Positions 1-9,116 of a stretch of DNA of 64,000 nucleotides are shown here, piece after piece (the stretch's first letter is position 1; every line of letters starts with the position of its first letter). Both the position numbers and the translations under genes were made by a program. The stretch comes from an uncultured Lachnospiraceae bacterium (GTDB lineage Bacteria > Bacillota > Clostridia > Oscillospirales > CAG-272), in assembly GCA_964413365.1 (NCBI GenBank), contig CAYPRM010000004.1, positions 925 to 64,924 on the forward strand, read 5' to 3'. The notes beneath the pieces were generated by a model. The model was not told where the DNA came from and ran no database searches. It saw only the letters and a list, made by a program, of their open reading frames with translations.

Positions 1-1
1 G

Positions 2-715
2 AGCTTCGGCGACTTCATGAAGAACAGACCTGCTATCGGTGTTACCGTTGCGGCTATGGGTATGTTCCTCGGTATGCAGGCGGCGTCCACGGCTAACCAG
101 ATCATGTTCGTTACCTACTTCGGTAAGGGCGAGATGAGCGGTGTGGTTCAGATAATCGGCTTCCTTCCGATGTTCCTCTTCATTCCGTTTATCAAGAAGC
201 TTGTCAATAGATTCGGTAAGAAAGAGGTTACTGCTGTCGGTAGCATCGTTACACTCGTTGGAAGTGCGCTTATGTTCGTATTCCCCATGATCCCCGATAA
301 GAATATCGCGCTCATCGCTTATATCGGTGCGCTCGTTATATTCGGTCTCGGCATGGGTGCTTCGACCTGCGTTTCTTGGGCAATGATCAGTGATTCCATC
401 GACTACGGCGAGTGGAAGACGGGCAAGAAGGAATCGGGCACTATCTACTCGATCCACTCCTTCTTCCGTAAGCTCGCACAGGGCGTTGGCCCCAGCGCGG
501 CTATACTTGTTATGGGATGGCTCGGATATAACTCCGACCTCGGCGTAACGGGACAGACTGCGGCGACCGCACACAATATGTGCTGGGTAGTTGCAGGTCT
601 CTACTGCGTGAGTGCAATAATGCAGTTCGTCGGTGTCGTTCTTATCTATAACATTGATAAGAAGACGCTTGAGAAGATGAACGGTGAGCTTCTTGCAAGA
701 CACAACGCTGAATGA
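2..715 (+). CDS. GPH-family (MelB/YicJ/UidB-like) glycoside-pentoside-hexuronide:cation symporter, C-terminal part; the 5' end lies outside the window
   Basis: The frame is open to the window start. It has multiple hydrophobic spans and the loop motif DYGEWKTGKKESG typical of GPH carriers. A hairpin terminator follows. Confidence 0.75.
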   Translation, partial: SFGDFMKNRPAIGVTVAAMGMFLGMQAASTANQIMFVTYFGKGEMSGVVQIIGFLPMFLFIPFIKKLVNRFGKKEVTAVGSIVTLVGSALMFVFPMIPDKNIALIAYIGALVIFGLGMGASTCVSWAMISDSIDYGEWKTGKKESGTIYSIHSFFRKLAQGVGPSAAILVMGWLGYNSDLGVTGQTAATAHNMCWVVAGLYCVSAIMQFVGVVLIYNIDKKTLEKMNGELLARHNAE

Positions 716-735
716 TCTTAAATCTTAAATAAATA

Positions 736-775
736 AAAACCAGAACCGCCCTCGGGCTGTTCTGGTTTTTTTTAT
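736..775. terminator. Bidirectional intrinsic terminator between convergent genes
   Basis: The stem is aaccagaac / gttctggtt, flanked by an A-run and a T-run. Confidence 0.6.
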
Positions 776-1443
776 TGTGTGAATTTCGTCCAAGGAAATG
801 CGTCGCGCGGCGGCTCGCACTCGAATGAATATGTGCGTCCGCGGTAGGCAAATGAGAGGGAGACTGCCCAGAGGGCGATGCTCTCCGCCTTTATCCTGCT
901 ACCGTACTTGCCGTCGCCGATGATGGGCATACCGCGGCTTGCAAGCTGAACACGTATCTGATGAAATCTGCCCGTGTGGAGGCGGACGCGGAGCAGGGAA
1001 ATGCCCGCACCGTCGTGCTCCGAGCGTTCAAGAAGCTCGTAATCAAGCAGGGCGGGCTGTGCGCCCCTGCGCTCCGTGCTGACGATGAACGCCTTTCTCT
1101 GCGTGCCGTCGCGGAGTATGAGATCCCTCATCTCGCCACGCTCGCACGCAGGCGCACCGCTGACTGCGGCAAGGTAGGTCTTTTCAAAATCCCCCCTCTC
1201 CGCAATTATGCGCGACAGCTCCGATGCGGCACGGCGCGTTCTTGCGAACACGATGAGACCTCCCGTAACACGGTCGAGCCTATGCACGGGGTACAGCTCG
1301 CCACTCTCGCCACGTGAGATCAGCTCCCGAGAGAGCAGGGTGAGCATATCCGCAGATCCCGACTGATCGGGTTGGGAGGGAACGCCCTGCGGCTTTACGC
1401 AGACGGCAATATCACGGTCGAGATGGAGTATTTTTATCTCCAC
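772..1443 (-). CDS. RluA-family pseudouridine synthase
   Basis: It carries the catalytic motif HRLDRVTGGLIVFART. The GTG start lies 3 nt after the hpt stop, which suggests an operon with hpt. Confidence 0.85.
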   Translation of the reverse strand: MEIKILHLDRDIAVCVKPQGVPSQPDQSGSADMLTLLSRELISRGESGELYPVHRLDRVTGGLIVFARTRRAASELSRIIAERGDFEKTYLAAVSGAPACERGEMRDLILRDGTQRKAFIVSTERRGAQPALLDYELLERSEHDGAGISLLRVRLHTGRFHQIRVQLASRGMPIIGDGKYGSRIKAESIALWAVSLSFAYRGRTYSFECEPPRDAFPWTKFTQ

Positions 1444-1446
1444 GCT

Positions 1447-1989
1447 TCACTTACCCTCGTACACGGAGCGTGAGAGAACGTAGATCTGGCGCTCGTTTCT
1501 GTATATCTCATCATAATCAAGCCCGTAGCCCACGACGAACTCGTCGGGTATCTCGAAGCAGCAGTAGTCGGGCGTGAAGTCGACCTTGCGGCGTGAGGGC
1601 TTGTCGAGGAGCGTGCAGGTCTTGATCGACTTGGGCTGACGTGAGGATAAGAGCCTTGTGAGATACGATAGCGTATTTCCGCTGTCAACTATGTCCTCGA
1701 CGATAAGGACGTTCTTTCCGTTGATTGTTTTGTCGAGGTCCTTGAGCATCTTGACCTCACCCGAGCTTGTAGTGCCTGCGCCGTAGCTCGATATTGCCAT
1801 GAAATCCATCGAGAGGGGCAGATCCACCTCACGTGTCAGGTCAGAGAAGAAATGTATCGAGCCCTTGAGTATGCAGACAAAGAGCACCTCCTGCCCTGCG
1901 TAGTCCGCGGTGATCTGTGCGGCTACCTCCTTTATTCTTGCGGCTATCTCGTTCTCCGAGATAAGAACCCTTTCAAAATCCTTTTTCAT
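1447..1989 (-). CDS. hpt: Hypoxanthine phosphoribosyltransferase
   Basis: It has the PRPP-binding motif LIVEDIVDSGNTL and the C-terminal motif VGYGLDYDEIYRN. The start was moved to the ATG at 1989, which is preceded by GGAGG. Confidence 0.9.
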   Translation of the reverse strand: MKKDFERVLISENEIAARIKEVAAQITADYAGQEVLFVCILKGSIHFFSDLTREVDLPLSMDFMAISSYGAGTTSSGEVKMLKDLDKTINGKNVLIVEDIVDSGNTLSYLTRLLSSRQPKSIKTCTLLDKPSRRKVDFTPDYCCFEIPDEFVVGYGLDYDEIYRNERQIYVLSRSVYEGK

Positions 1990-2035
1990 AAGATCCTCCG
2001 AATATCCTCCGCTTGCACGGAAAAAATACGTATTT

Positions 2036-2064
2036 ATTGTACCATATATTTTTCGCATTTGCAA
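2036..2064 (-). promoter_or_regulatory. Sigma-A type promoter for hpt
   Basis: On the minus strand it reads TTGCAA-N17-TACAAT. Confidence 0.5.
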
Positions 2065-2147
2065 GAGAAAATCGCAAAAAAGATGAATGTGCGAGCCGTA
2101 CTGCAAAAATTTTCAATAAAACTTAACGATACAATTCGTCAATCCAC

Positions 2148-2176
2148 TTGACAAGTGCCCGTCGGCGTGTTAAAAT
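2148..2176 (+). promoter_or_regulatory. Sigma-A type promoter for rimO
   Basis: It reads TTGACA-N17-TAAAAT. Confidence 0.5.
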
Positions 2177-2236
2177 AAAATGAAGAAATTTGTGTTATTT
2201 TTGTTATTTTTATTTTAATTTTTGAAAGGATCACAA

Positions 2237-3562
2237 ATGAAAGTAGGATTTATATCCCTCGGATGTCCCAAAAATCAGCTTGATACGGAGGTAATGCTCC
2301 ACGAGCTTCTCAGTGCAGGCTATGAGATCACTGCGGACGAGACCGAGGCGGATGTCGTTGTCATAAACACCTGCGGATTTATAGAGTCCGCGAAAAAGGA
2401 AGCGATAGATAACATTCTTGACGTCGCGTGGCTCAAGGAGAACAGAGATCTGCGCGCTATCGTCGTAACGGGCTGTCTTGCGGAGCGTTACAGGGGCGAG
2501 ATAATGAAGGAGATGCCCGAGGTCGATGCGGTGCTCGGCGTTGGAAGCATACATAATATCGTCGAGGCGGTGGGAGCCGTACTCGAGGGCAAGAAATATA
2601 CGAGCTTTGAGGACAAGGATTGCGTGCGTCTTGGCGGCGACAGAGTTCTCACCACGCCCGAATACGCCGCGTACCTCAAGATCGCGGAGGGCTGTGATAA
2701 CAGGTGCACGTATTGCGCCATTCCCTATATCCGCGGACGCTTCCGCTCAAGACCTATGGAGGATATCATAAGGGAGGCAAAGGAGCTTGAGGGGCTTGGA
2801 GTCAAGGAGCTTACGCTTGTTGCACAGGATACCACACGCTACGGTCAGGATATATACGGGAGGTACAGCCTTGCGGAGCTTCTTCACAGGCTTACGGAGG
2901 AGACGAATATCCCGTGGCTCAGGATACTCTACTGCTACCCCGACAAGATCACCGATGAGCTGATCGAGGAGATGAAGAGCAACGATAGAGTTCTCAAATA
3001 TATCGATCTTCCGATGCAGCATATTTCCGACGGTGTGCTCAAGAGAATGAACCGCCACGGCGGTGCAGAGCTTATCAGAAGCGTCGTTGCAAGGCTCAGG
3101 GAGGAGATCCCCAACGTCGTTATCAGAACGACCTTTATCGTTGGATTCCCGGGGGAGACGGACGAGGACTTTGCCGAGCTATGCGACTTTGTGAATGAGC
3201 AGAGGTTTGAGCACGTGGGCGTGTTTACATACTCGCGCGAGGAGGGGACTCCCGCTTACAGAATGGAACAGGTCGATGAGCAGGTGAAGCTCGACCGCTA
3301 CGATATAATAATGCGTGATCAGCTCGGTATAAATGAAGAAAATAACGAGAAAAAGCTCGGTACGACCGTCCGTGTCCTCTGCGAGGGCTACGATGCTGTC
3401 GGCGAGGTCTACTACGGACGAAGTGCCGCAGATGCTCCCGATGTCGACGGTAAGATATATTTTGTGGGCGAGCGCGGTATCGTGCCGGGAAGCTTTGTTG
3501 ACGTTAAGATCGAAAAGGTCGTTGAATATGACCTCTGCGGTACTGCCGTAAGAGTGTATTGA
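2237..3562 (+). CDS. rimO: Ribosomal protein S12 methylthiotransferase RimO (radical SAM)
   Basis: The N-terminus is KVGFISLGCPKNQLDTE, the radical-SAM motif CDNRCTYCAIP is present, and there is a C-terminal TRAM-like region. The ATG at 2237 follows AAAGGA. Confidence 0.85.
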   Translation: MKVGFISLGCPKNQLDTEVMLHELLSAGYEITADETEADVVVINTCGFIESAKKEAIDNILDVAWLKENRDLRAIVVTGCLAERYRGEIMKEMPEVDAVLGVGSIHNIVEAVGAVLEGKKYTSFEDKDCVRLGGDRVLTTPEYAAYLKIAEGCDNRCTYCAIPYIRGRFRSRPMEDIIREAKELEGLGVKELTLVAQDTTRYGQDIYGRYSLAELLHRLTEETNIPWLRILYCYPDKITDELIEEMKSNDRVLKYIDLPMQHISDGVLKRMNRHGGAELIRSVVARLREEIPNVVIRTTFIVGFPGETDEDFAELCDFVNEQRFEHVGVFTYSREEGTPAYRMEQVDEQVKLDRYDIIMRDQLGINEENNEKKLGTTVRVLCEGYDAVGEVYYGRSAADAPDVDGKIYFVGERGIVPGSFVDVKIEKVVEYDLCGTAVRVY

Positions 3563-3583
3563 TAGAAAGGATGATGGATCTCA

Positions 3584-4171
3584 ATGAATCTGCCAAATAA
3601 GCTCACGGTGATAAGACTTTGCATGGTTCCCGTGATCATAGTAGTGCTTTTGCTCCCCGTAAATACGGTAACAAATATAGTGGGCGCGCTGATATTCCTT
3701 GCCACCGCGATAACCGATATGCTCGACGGCAGGATCGCACGCTCGAGAGGGCTTGTAACGGATTTCGGTAAGTTCCTCGATCCCCTTGCGGATAAATTTA
3801 TGGTGCTCGCCGCAATGATGTGCATTATGTACCGCTCACATAGTGATGAGCTGATATTCACGATGTTCTCGGCGCTCGTTATTATAACGGTGTTCAGGGA
3901 GCTGTCCGTAACGTCGATCCGTCTTATCGCCGCGAAGAACGCGAATATCGTTGTTGCCGCGAACATGCTCGGAAAGATAAAGACCGTTTCGCAGATCGTT
4001 TGCGTCATGTCGGCATTGCTTGAGCCCGTCCTTGCGAGGATCGGATTTCTCGGCTTCCTTGGCTATTACCCCATTACCTGCGCCGCCGCTGCCGTAACTC
4101 TCGTTATGACCGTCTGGTCGGGTGTCGTCTATATCAAGACCTATTGGAAATATCTTGATCCGAAGATGTGA
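3584..4171 (+). CDS. pgsA: CDP-diacylglycerol--glycerol-3-phosphate 3-phosphatidyltransferase
   Basis: It carries the CDP-alcohol phosphatidyltransferase motif DMLDGRIAR...GKFLDPLADK and is a membrane protein. Confidence 0.9.
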   Translation: MNLPNKLTVIRLCMVPVIIVVLLLPVNTVTNIVGALIFLATAITDMLDGRIARSRGLVTDFGKFLDPLADKFMVLAAMMCIMYRSHSDELIFTMFSALVIITVFRELSVTSIRLIAAKNANIVVAANMLGKIKTVSQIVCVMSALLEPVLARIGFLGFLGYYPITCAAAAVTLVMTVWSGVVYIKTYWKYLDPKM

Positions 4172-4220
4172 AGCTCAAAGTGGAAATTGTAAAATAATTG
4201 CGAATATATTTCAAAATACC

Positions 4221-4248
4221 AAAAAAAAGAGCCTCGGCTCTTTTTTTG
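4221..4248. terminator. Bidirectional intrinsic terminator
   Basis: The sequence is aaaaaaaagagcc-tc-ggctcttttttt. Confidence 0.6.
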
Positions 4249-4349
4249 GTGGCGTTGGTCTGTTTTCGGGAGGAGGAAGCCTTGCGATCGAATTTGATCC
4301 ATTGCAAAGCAACATCATTAGCCGAAGGCGGCATATATGCTTGTCCCTC

Positions 4350-4386
4350 AAAAAAACGAAATCCCCACGCTGTGGCGTAGGGATTT
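4350..4386 (-). terminator. Intrinsic terminator of trpS
   Basis: On the minus strand there is a hairpin AAAUCCC.ACGC/GCGU.GGGAUUU followed by a U-run. Confidence 0.6.
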
Positions 4387-4417
4387 TATTTTATACAGCT
4401 ATACAGCCATATCGGCA

Positions 4418-5416
4418 TCAGATCTGGACGAAGCCGAGCTTTCTTCTGACCTTTGAGAGAGTTTTGCGTGCGTAGTAGGAGGCTTCATCTGCGCCGCGTT
4501 TCATCTGCGCCTCGAGGAACGCCTTATCGGCGATGATCTCCGCGTATTTCTGCTGAACGGGGGCGAGGGCATCCGCGCACGCTTCGCCGACGGCAAGCTT
4601 GAATTCGCCATAGCCGCGGCCGTCGAACTCACGCTCGATCTCCTCAATAGTCTTACCAGTGAAGCAGGAATATATATTCATTAGGTTATTTATACCGTCC
4701 TTACCCTCGGCAAAGCGCACGCAGGTATCGCTATCGGTAACGGCACGCTTGAATTTGCGGATTATGGTATCTTTATCATCGAGGATATAGACGACGGCAT
4801 TGACGTTTTCGTCCGATTTACTCATTTTCTTCGTGGGATCGGCGAGGGAATTGATCTTCGCACCGTTCTTGGGGAGCAGTGGCTCGGGAATGGTGAAGGT
4901 ATCGGGGTAGATCTGATTGAACCTTGTTGCGATATCCCTCGTAAGCTCGAGGTGCTGCTTCTGGTCGATTCCGACGGGCACGACGTCCGTCTGATAGAGC
5001 AGAATATCCGCCGCCATGAGCGAGGGGTAGGTAAAGAGTCCTGCGTTGACGTTATCGGCGTGGCGCGCGCTCTTATCCTTGAACTGCGTCATACGCGAGA
5101 GCTCGCCGAACATGGTGAAGCAGTTGAGTATCCATGCGAGGTCGGTGTGCGCGGGGACGTGGCTCTGAACGTAGAGCGTATTTTTTTCGGGATCGAGTCC
5201 GCACGCCATATAAAGAGCGAGCGTTTCATACGTTCTGCGCCTGAGCTCCGCAGGCACCTGACGGACGGTTATCGCGTGATTGTCGACCACGCAGTAAAAG
5301 CATTTATAATTCTCGCTATAGCTCGAAAAATTCGAGATCGCGCCGAGATAATTTCCTATTGTGAGGTTGCCCGTGGGCTGGACGCCCGAGAAGCAGACCT
5401 TTTCGCCGTTTATCAT
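4418..5416 (-). CDS. trpS: Tryptophan--tRNA ligase
   Basis: It has the class I motifs PTGNLTIGNYLG (HIGH-like) and KMSKS. A GGAGG RBS is present. Confidence 0.95.
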   Translation of the reverse strand: MINGEKVCFSGVQPTGNLTIGNYLGAISNFSSYSENYKCFYCVVDNHAITVRQVPAELRRRTYETLALYMACGLDPEKNTLYVQSHVPAHTDLAWILNCFTMFGELSRMTQFKDKSARHADNVNAGLFTYPSLMAADILLYQTDVVPVGIDQKQHLELTRDIATRFNQIYPDTFTIPEPLLPKNGAKINSLADPTKKMSKSDENVNAVVYILDDKDTIIRKFKRAVTDSDTCVRFAEGKDGINNLMNIYSCFTGKTIEEIEREFDGRGYGEFKLAVGEACADALAPVQQKYAEIIADKAFLEAQMKRGADEASYYARKTLSKVRRKLGFVQI

Positions 5417-5459
5417 AAAAGTCCTCCGCTGAAGATTAAAAAAATCAATAATTTAATAT

Positions 5460-5488
5460 ATTATAGCACAGCGCGCGATTTTTTTCAA
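5460..5488 (-). promoter_or_regulatory. Sigma-A type promoter for trpS
   Basis: On the minus strand it reads TTGAAA-N17-TATAAT. It is back-to-back with the plus-strand promoter. Confidence 0.55.
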
Positions 5489-5496
5489 GTATTATA

Positions 5497-5525
5497 TTGA
5501 AAAATCGAGCGAAATGTGATAAAAT
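5497..5525 (+). promoter_or_regulatory. Sigma-A type promoter for the ThyX-like/pgeF pair
   Basis: It reads TTGAAA-N17-TAAAAT. Confidence 0.5.
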
Positions 5526-5579
5526 TTACTTAATATACCCGTGTCTGCCAACGGCACGCTGCTCTTAAGGAGGAAAATT

Positions 5580-6224
5580 ATGATAAAAATCGAACGCGGA
5601 TGCGTTATGAATATGGAAAACGCGATCAGGGGCGCGAGAAACCCCATGAACAGCTGGGCGAGAAGCGACAGCTTTACGGACGCGGAGGGGAATTTCGTGC
5701 TTGGCGCGAACGACCTCGATCTTGCCTGCCGACTTGCGCACGCAGGCTCGGATCACAGAAAATTCCTGCGTCAGATAATCGTGAGCGTTGACATCACGGC
5801 GCCCCTCTATTGGTGGAAGGAATTTGACACGTACAAGGTCGGAACGGTTGCAAATTCCTGCTCCACCATGCACAAGATCCACTCCAAGCCCTTTGAGCGC
5901 TCGGATTTTTCCTGCGACAAGATGGACGGCGGTGCGCTTGCGGTACTCGATTCCGTGATAGCATACATGGAGGGCGAGCGTCTTGCCTTCTGTGAGGACA
6001 AGAAAAACAAGCAGGCGTGGTTCAACATCATTCAAACTCTGCCCTCGTCGTACAATCAGATGAGGACGGTAACGCTCAATTACGAAAATTTGATAAACAT
6101 ATATTACGCGCGCAGGTTTCACAAGCTTGACGAGTGGCATGTGCTCTGCGACTGGATAATGACTCTGCCGTACGCGCAGCAGCTCATCGCGGTAAAGGGC
6201 ACGGAGAGCGACACGAATGCTTGA
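5580..6224 (+). CDS. ThyX-fold (Thy1-like) protein lacking the RHRxxS signature; function unknown
   Basis: By eye it aligns to ThyX: ITAPLYWWKEFDTYKVGTVANSCSTMH against [26 protein letters not shown], with a matching distal block LPSSYNQMRTVTLNYENLIN. An AGGAGG RBS precedes the ATG at 5580. Confidence 0.55.
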   Translation: MIKIERGCVMNMENAIRGARNPMNSWARSDSFTDAEGNFVLGANDLDLACRLAHAGSDHRKFLRQIIVSVDITAPLYWWKEFDTYKVGTVANSCSTMHKIHSKPFERSDFSCDKMDGGALAVLDSVIAYMEGERLAFCEDKKNKQAWFNIIQTLPSSYNQMRTVTLNYENLINIYYARRFHKLDEWHVLCDWIMTLPYAQQLIAVKGTESDTNA

Positions 6225-7023
6225 GAGGCGTGAGCGCGGCGGTGTAGTCTACTTTGCGAGCAGTCTGATACGCTCGCGCCACGGGTTTTCAACTCGTATC
6301 GGCGGTGTCAGCAACCTTCCGCACACCGCGAGCCTCAACCTCGCCGCAGGACACGGCGACAGCGAGGAAACGGTAGCGAAAAATCTCAGCCTGCTCTCGG
6401 ACGCCCTCGGTGTGGCGGCGAGCAGGATCATCAGCGTGCCGCAGGTACATTCGGCGGACGTTCGGATCGTCTTGGAGGACGATGCGGGCTTAGGCACATC
6501 GCGCCCGTCGGCGTTCTCCTGCGACGGCTATGCTACGGCGTGCGACGGACTGCCCATTGCCGTAAAGACTGCGGACTGCGTGCCGATACTCCTTGAGGCG
6601 AGGGACGGACGTGGGAATGTCATCGCCGTCGCCGCCGTTCACGCAGGCTGGCGCGGAACTGCCGAGAGGATCGCCGAGCGGGCTGTCCGAGAGCTGGTCG
6701 CATTTGGTGCGGAGAGGGAAGGGATCTATGCAGCAATCGGGCCCGCGATAGATGTATGTTGCTATGAAGTAAGAGAGGATTTTGCTAATACTATCCGTGA
6801 AAAACTTGGATTATTCTACGAAAATAACTACATTTTAAAAAGGGAGAACAGGCTTTTTGCGGACATTAAGGGAATGAATGAGTCCATTCTCCGTGAGTCG
6901 GGAGTGCCTGCGGGGAATATCGACACCTGCACGCTCTGCACCTGCTGTAATGAAGGGCTTTTCTACTCGCATAGGCGTCAGAGGGGTATTCGAGGTTCTA
7001 TGATGAGCGTGATCTGTAAATGA
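6217..7023 (+). CDS. pgeF: YfiH/PgeF (DUF152) family purine-nucleoside / peptidoglycan-editing enzyme
   Basis: It carries the motifs GFSTRIGGVS, QVHSADV, TADCVPILL, AAVHAGWRGT and CCYEV. It overlaps the upstream CDS by 8 nt. Confidence 0.85.
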   Translation: MLERRERGGVVYFASSLIRSRHGFSTRIGGVSNLPHTASLNLAAGHGDSEETVAKNLSLLSDALGVAASRIISVPQVHSADVRIVLEDDAGLGTSRPSAFSCDGYATACDGLPIAVKTADCVPILLEARDGRGNVIAVAAVHAGWRGTAERIAERAVRELVAFGAEREGIYAAIGPAIDVCCYEVREDFANTIREKLGLFYENNYILKRENRLFADIKGMNESILRESGVPAGNIDTCTLCTCCNEGLFYSHRRQRGIRGSMMSVICK

Positions 7024-7168
7024 ATTTGTGAAAATATTGTTGTACTATTCTAATAAATAAATATTGAAAACGCCTTGTAAAGTGGTAAACTAATTGTATA
7101 ATACTATTATTTTTCACAGGCTTCACGATCCGTCAAAAATAATTTTTTAAAGAAAATTAAAAAAACAC

Positions 7169-7197
7169 TTGATTTTTGAGATTTCTTGTGATATAAT
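7169..7197 (+). promoter_or_regulatory. Sigma-A type promoter for tRNA-Thr
   Basis: It reads TTGATT-N17-TATAAT with TGTGA before the -10 element. Confidence 0.55.
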
Positions 7198-7216
7198 ATC
7201 AAAGTCAAGTGAAAAC

Positions 7217-7292
7217 GCTGCTATGGCTCAGTCGGTAGAGCACGTCATTGGTAATGACGAGGTCATCAGTTCGATTCTGATTAGCAGCTCCA
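7217..7292 (+). tRNA. tRNA-Thr (anticodon GGU), CCA encoded
   Basis: It folds as a cloverleaf: acceptor GCTGCTA/TAGCAGC, anticodon arm CGTCA-TTGGTAA-TGACG and T-arm GTTCGATTC. Confidence 0.9.
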
Positions 7293-7298
7293 TCAAAA

Positions 7299-7326
7299 AT
7301 CCGCACATTCTGTGCGGATTTTTTGG
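7299..7326 (+). terminator. Intrinsic terminator of tRNA-Thr
   Basis: The hairpin atccgcaca-ttc-tgtgcggat is followed by ttttt. Confidence 0.8.
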
Positions 7327-7343
7327 TTTTTGTTGAATATGAT

Positions 7344-7377
7344 AAGCCCACCTCAAGTTGAAGCTTGTGGTGGGCTT
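7344..7377 (-). terminator. Hairpin downstream of murE (weak terminator)
   Basis: There is a 9-bp stem aagcccacc/ggtgggctt, but the U tract is poor. Confidence 0.4.
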
Positions 7378-7419
7378 GGTTATTTATGAATTTTGGGGAG
7401 TGCGCTGAGGGAGTGGTAT

Positions 7420-8916
7420 TCATTTATAGATTTTGGGGTACTGTGCGGTGAGGTTATACTCATTGATACAGTCGAGGAGGGTTTCACGTTCGGAAAAGTA
7501 TTCATTGACGCCGCAGATGGTTTGGTAGCGCTCATGGCCCTTACCTGCGAGGAGGACGACGTCGCCGCTACGTGCGATACTGAAGGCGTACCTGATCGCC
7601 TGCTGTCTATCGGCGATGCGGACGTAGGACTTGGGATCTTCGTACCAGAATGCGATATCGTCGATTATCCTCTCGGGATCCTCAAAATCGGGGTTGTCCG
7701 AGGTCAGGATCGAGAGATCGGCGAGTGCCGATGCGGCTTGTCCCATTTGCGCGCGCCGTATTTGAGTGCGGCCGCCGACCGAGCCAAAGAGGCAGATGAG
7801 GCGTCCTTCAGCGTAGGGGCGGAGGGCGGTGAGGGCTGAGGTGAGGCTGACACCGTTATGTGCATAGTCGATGACAAAGCACGCTCCCGTGGGGGAGGGA
7901 ACAGTCTCAAAGCGTCCTCTCACGCTTATTTTTTGCATCGCCTCGGCGGCTTTTTTTGTGGGCACTCCAAGCTCGTGCAGGGTGGCGAGGGCGGAGAGCG
8001 CGTTATGGACATTGAACTCTCCGGGCATACCGAGCCTGATCTCGCAGATCTCGCCGCCGCAGGTACAGTCAAATCTTACGCCGAGCCCCGAGCTCTCGGC
8101 ATACGGCTCGATCCCGTCTGCAAAAAGCTCCGCGTCCTTCCGTACAGTCGAGCACAGCACACGTCTTGCCTTACAGCCCGAGAGCATATCCACTGTGGCT
8201 GCATCGTCGGCGTTAGCGATGACGGCGCTACCGTCAAGGGTATCGAAAAAGCTCTTTTTTGCATTGAAATATTCCTCGACGCTTGCGTGCTCGCCTGCTC
8301 CTATATGGTCGGGGGAGAAATTTGTAAATATGCCGATATCGAATTTCGTGCCGCAGGTCCTGTGCAGGCTGAGTGCTTGGGACGATACCTCGAGCACGAG
8401 AGCGCGCATACCGTCGTCAGCCATTCTGCGCATATATTTCTGAAGGATATCGCTCTCGGGCGTGGTATTGACCGTGGAATGGAAATTATCACCCCACTCG
8501 ATGCCGTTCGAGCCGATATATCCGCAGGGAATGCCCGAGGCGTCGAGAGCCTGCTTTATGATGAGGGCTGTGGTGGTCTTGCCCTTAGTTCCCGTGATCC
8601 CTATCACCGCAAGCTCATGCGAGGGATCGGAATGGAGGGCGCAGGAGAGAAGTGCGAGTGCTTTCCTTGAGCTTTCAACTATCATCACGCTCGCGTCATC
8701 GGGAAGGTCGCACGGGCGGTACTCGCAGACGAAGGCTCTGCACCCTCGCTCATACGCACTCTTGGCGAAGGTGTGCCCATCTGCCGCAAAGCCGCGCACG
8801 CAGACAAGGAGAGAGCTGCCGTTCGCCTTGCGTGAGTCGCAGACGACGTTCTCTATCTCCCTCTCCGAGAAGCTACCCGTATATTCGATTTTTTGCAGAA
8901 GCTCCGAAAGACGCAT
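7420..8916 (-). CDS. murE: UDP-N-acetylmuramoyl-L-alanyl-D-glutamate--2,6-diaminopimelate ligase
   Basis: It has the Mur ligase P-loop GITGTKGKTTT and the motif DNPDFEDP. The start was moved to the ATG at 8916, which follows GAGGTGG. Confidence 0.9.
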   Translation of the reverse strand: MRLSELLQKIEYTGSFSEREIENVVCDSRKANGSSLLVCVRGFAADGHTFAKSAYERGCRAFVCEYRPCDLPDDASVMIVESSRKALALLSCALHSDPSHELAVIGITGTKGKTTTALIIKQALDASGIPCGYIGSNGIEWGDNFHSTVNTTPESDILQKYMRRMADDGMRALVLEVSSQALSLHRTCGTKFDIGIFTNFSPDHIGAGEHASVEEYFNAKKSFFDTLDGSAVIANADDAATVDMLSGCKARRVLCSTVRKDAELFADGIEPYAESSGLGVRFDCTCGGEICEIRLGMPGEFNVHNALSALATLHELGVPTKKAAEAMQKISVRGRFETVPSPTGACFVIDYAHNGVSLTSALTALRPYAEGRLICLFGSVGGRTQIRRAQMGQAASALADLSILTSDNPDFEDPERIIDDIAFWYEDPKSYVRIADRQQAIRYAFSIARSGDVVLLAGKGHERYQTICGVNEYFSERETLLDCINEYNLTAQYPKIYK

Positions 8917-9034
8917 ATTCCACCTCAAGCTAAAAAATGTTCTATATAGGATTATACCACATATTTTGCAATATTTCCATACGATCCTCAAAAAAAGTTG
9001 ATCTTCTGTAAAAATTATTTAATTGCAAAAGCTA

Positions 9035-9063
9035 TTGACAATTTTGAAATTTGATTATATAAT
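9035..9063 (+). promoter_or_regulatory. Sigma-A type promoter
   Basis: It reads TTGACA-N17-TATAAT. Confidence 0.55.
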
Positions 9064-9116
9064 GTAGTAGTATGAGAATTAAAATGGCGGAGTATGGGTA
9101 TACGGAGGAAAAGAGA

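Noticed and set aside
5417-5540. T-box leader upstream of trpS (likewise upstream of metG at 18492-18578)
   Set aside because: The spacers are only about 125 and 87 nt. The trpS spacer is filled by back-to-back promoters followed directly by the RBS. There is no specifier hairpin, T-box sequence or terminator.
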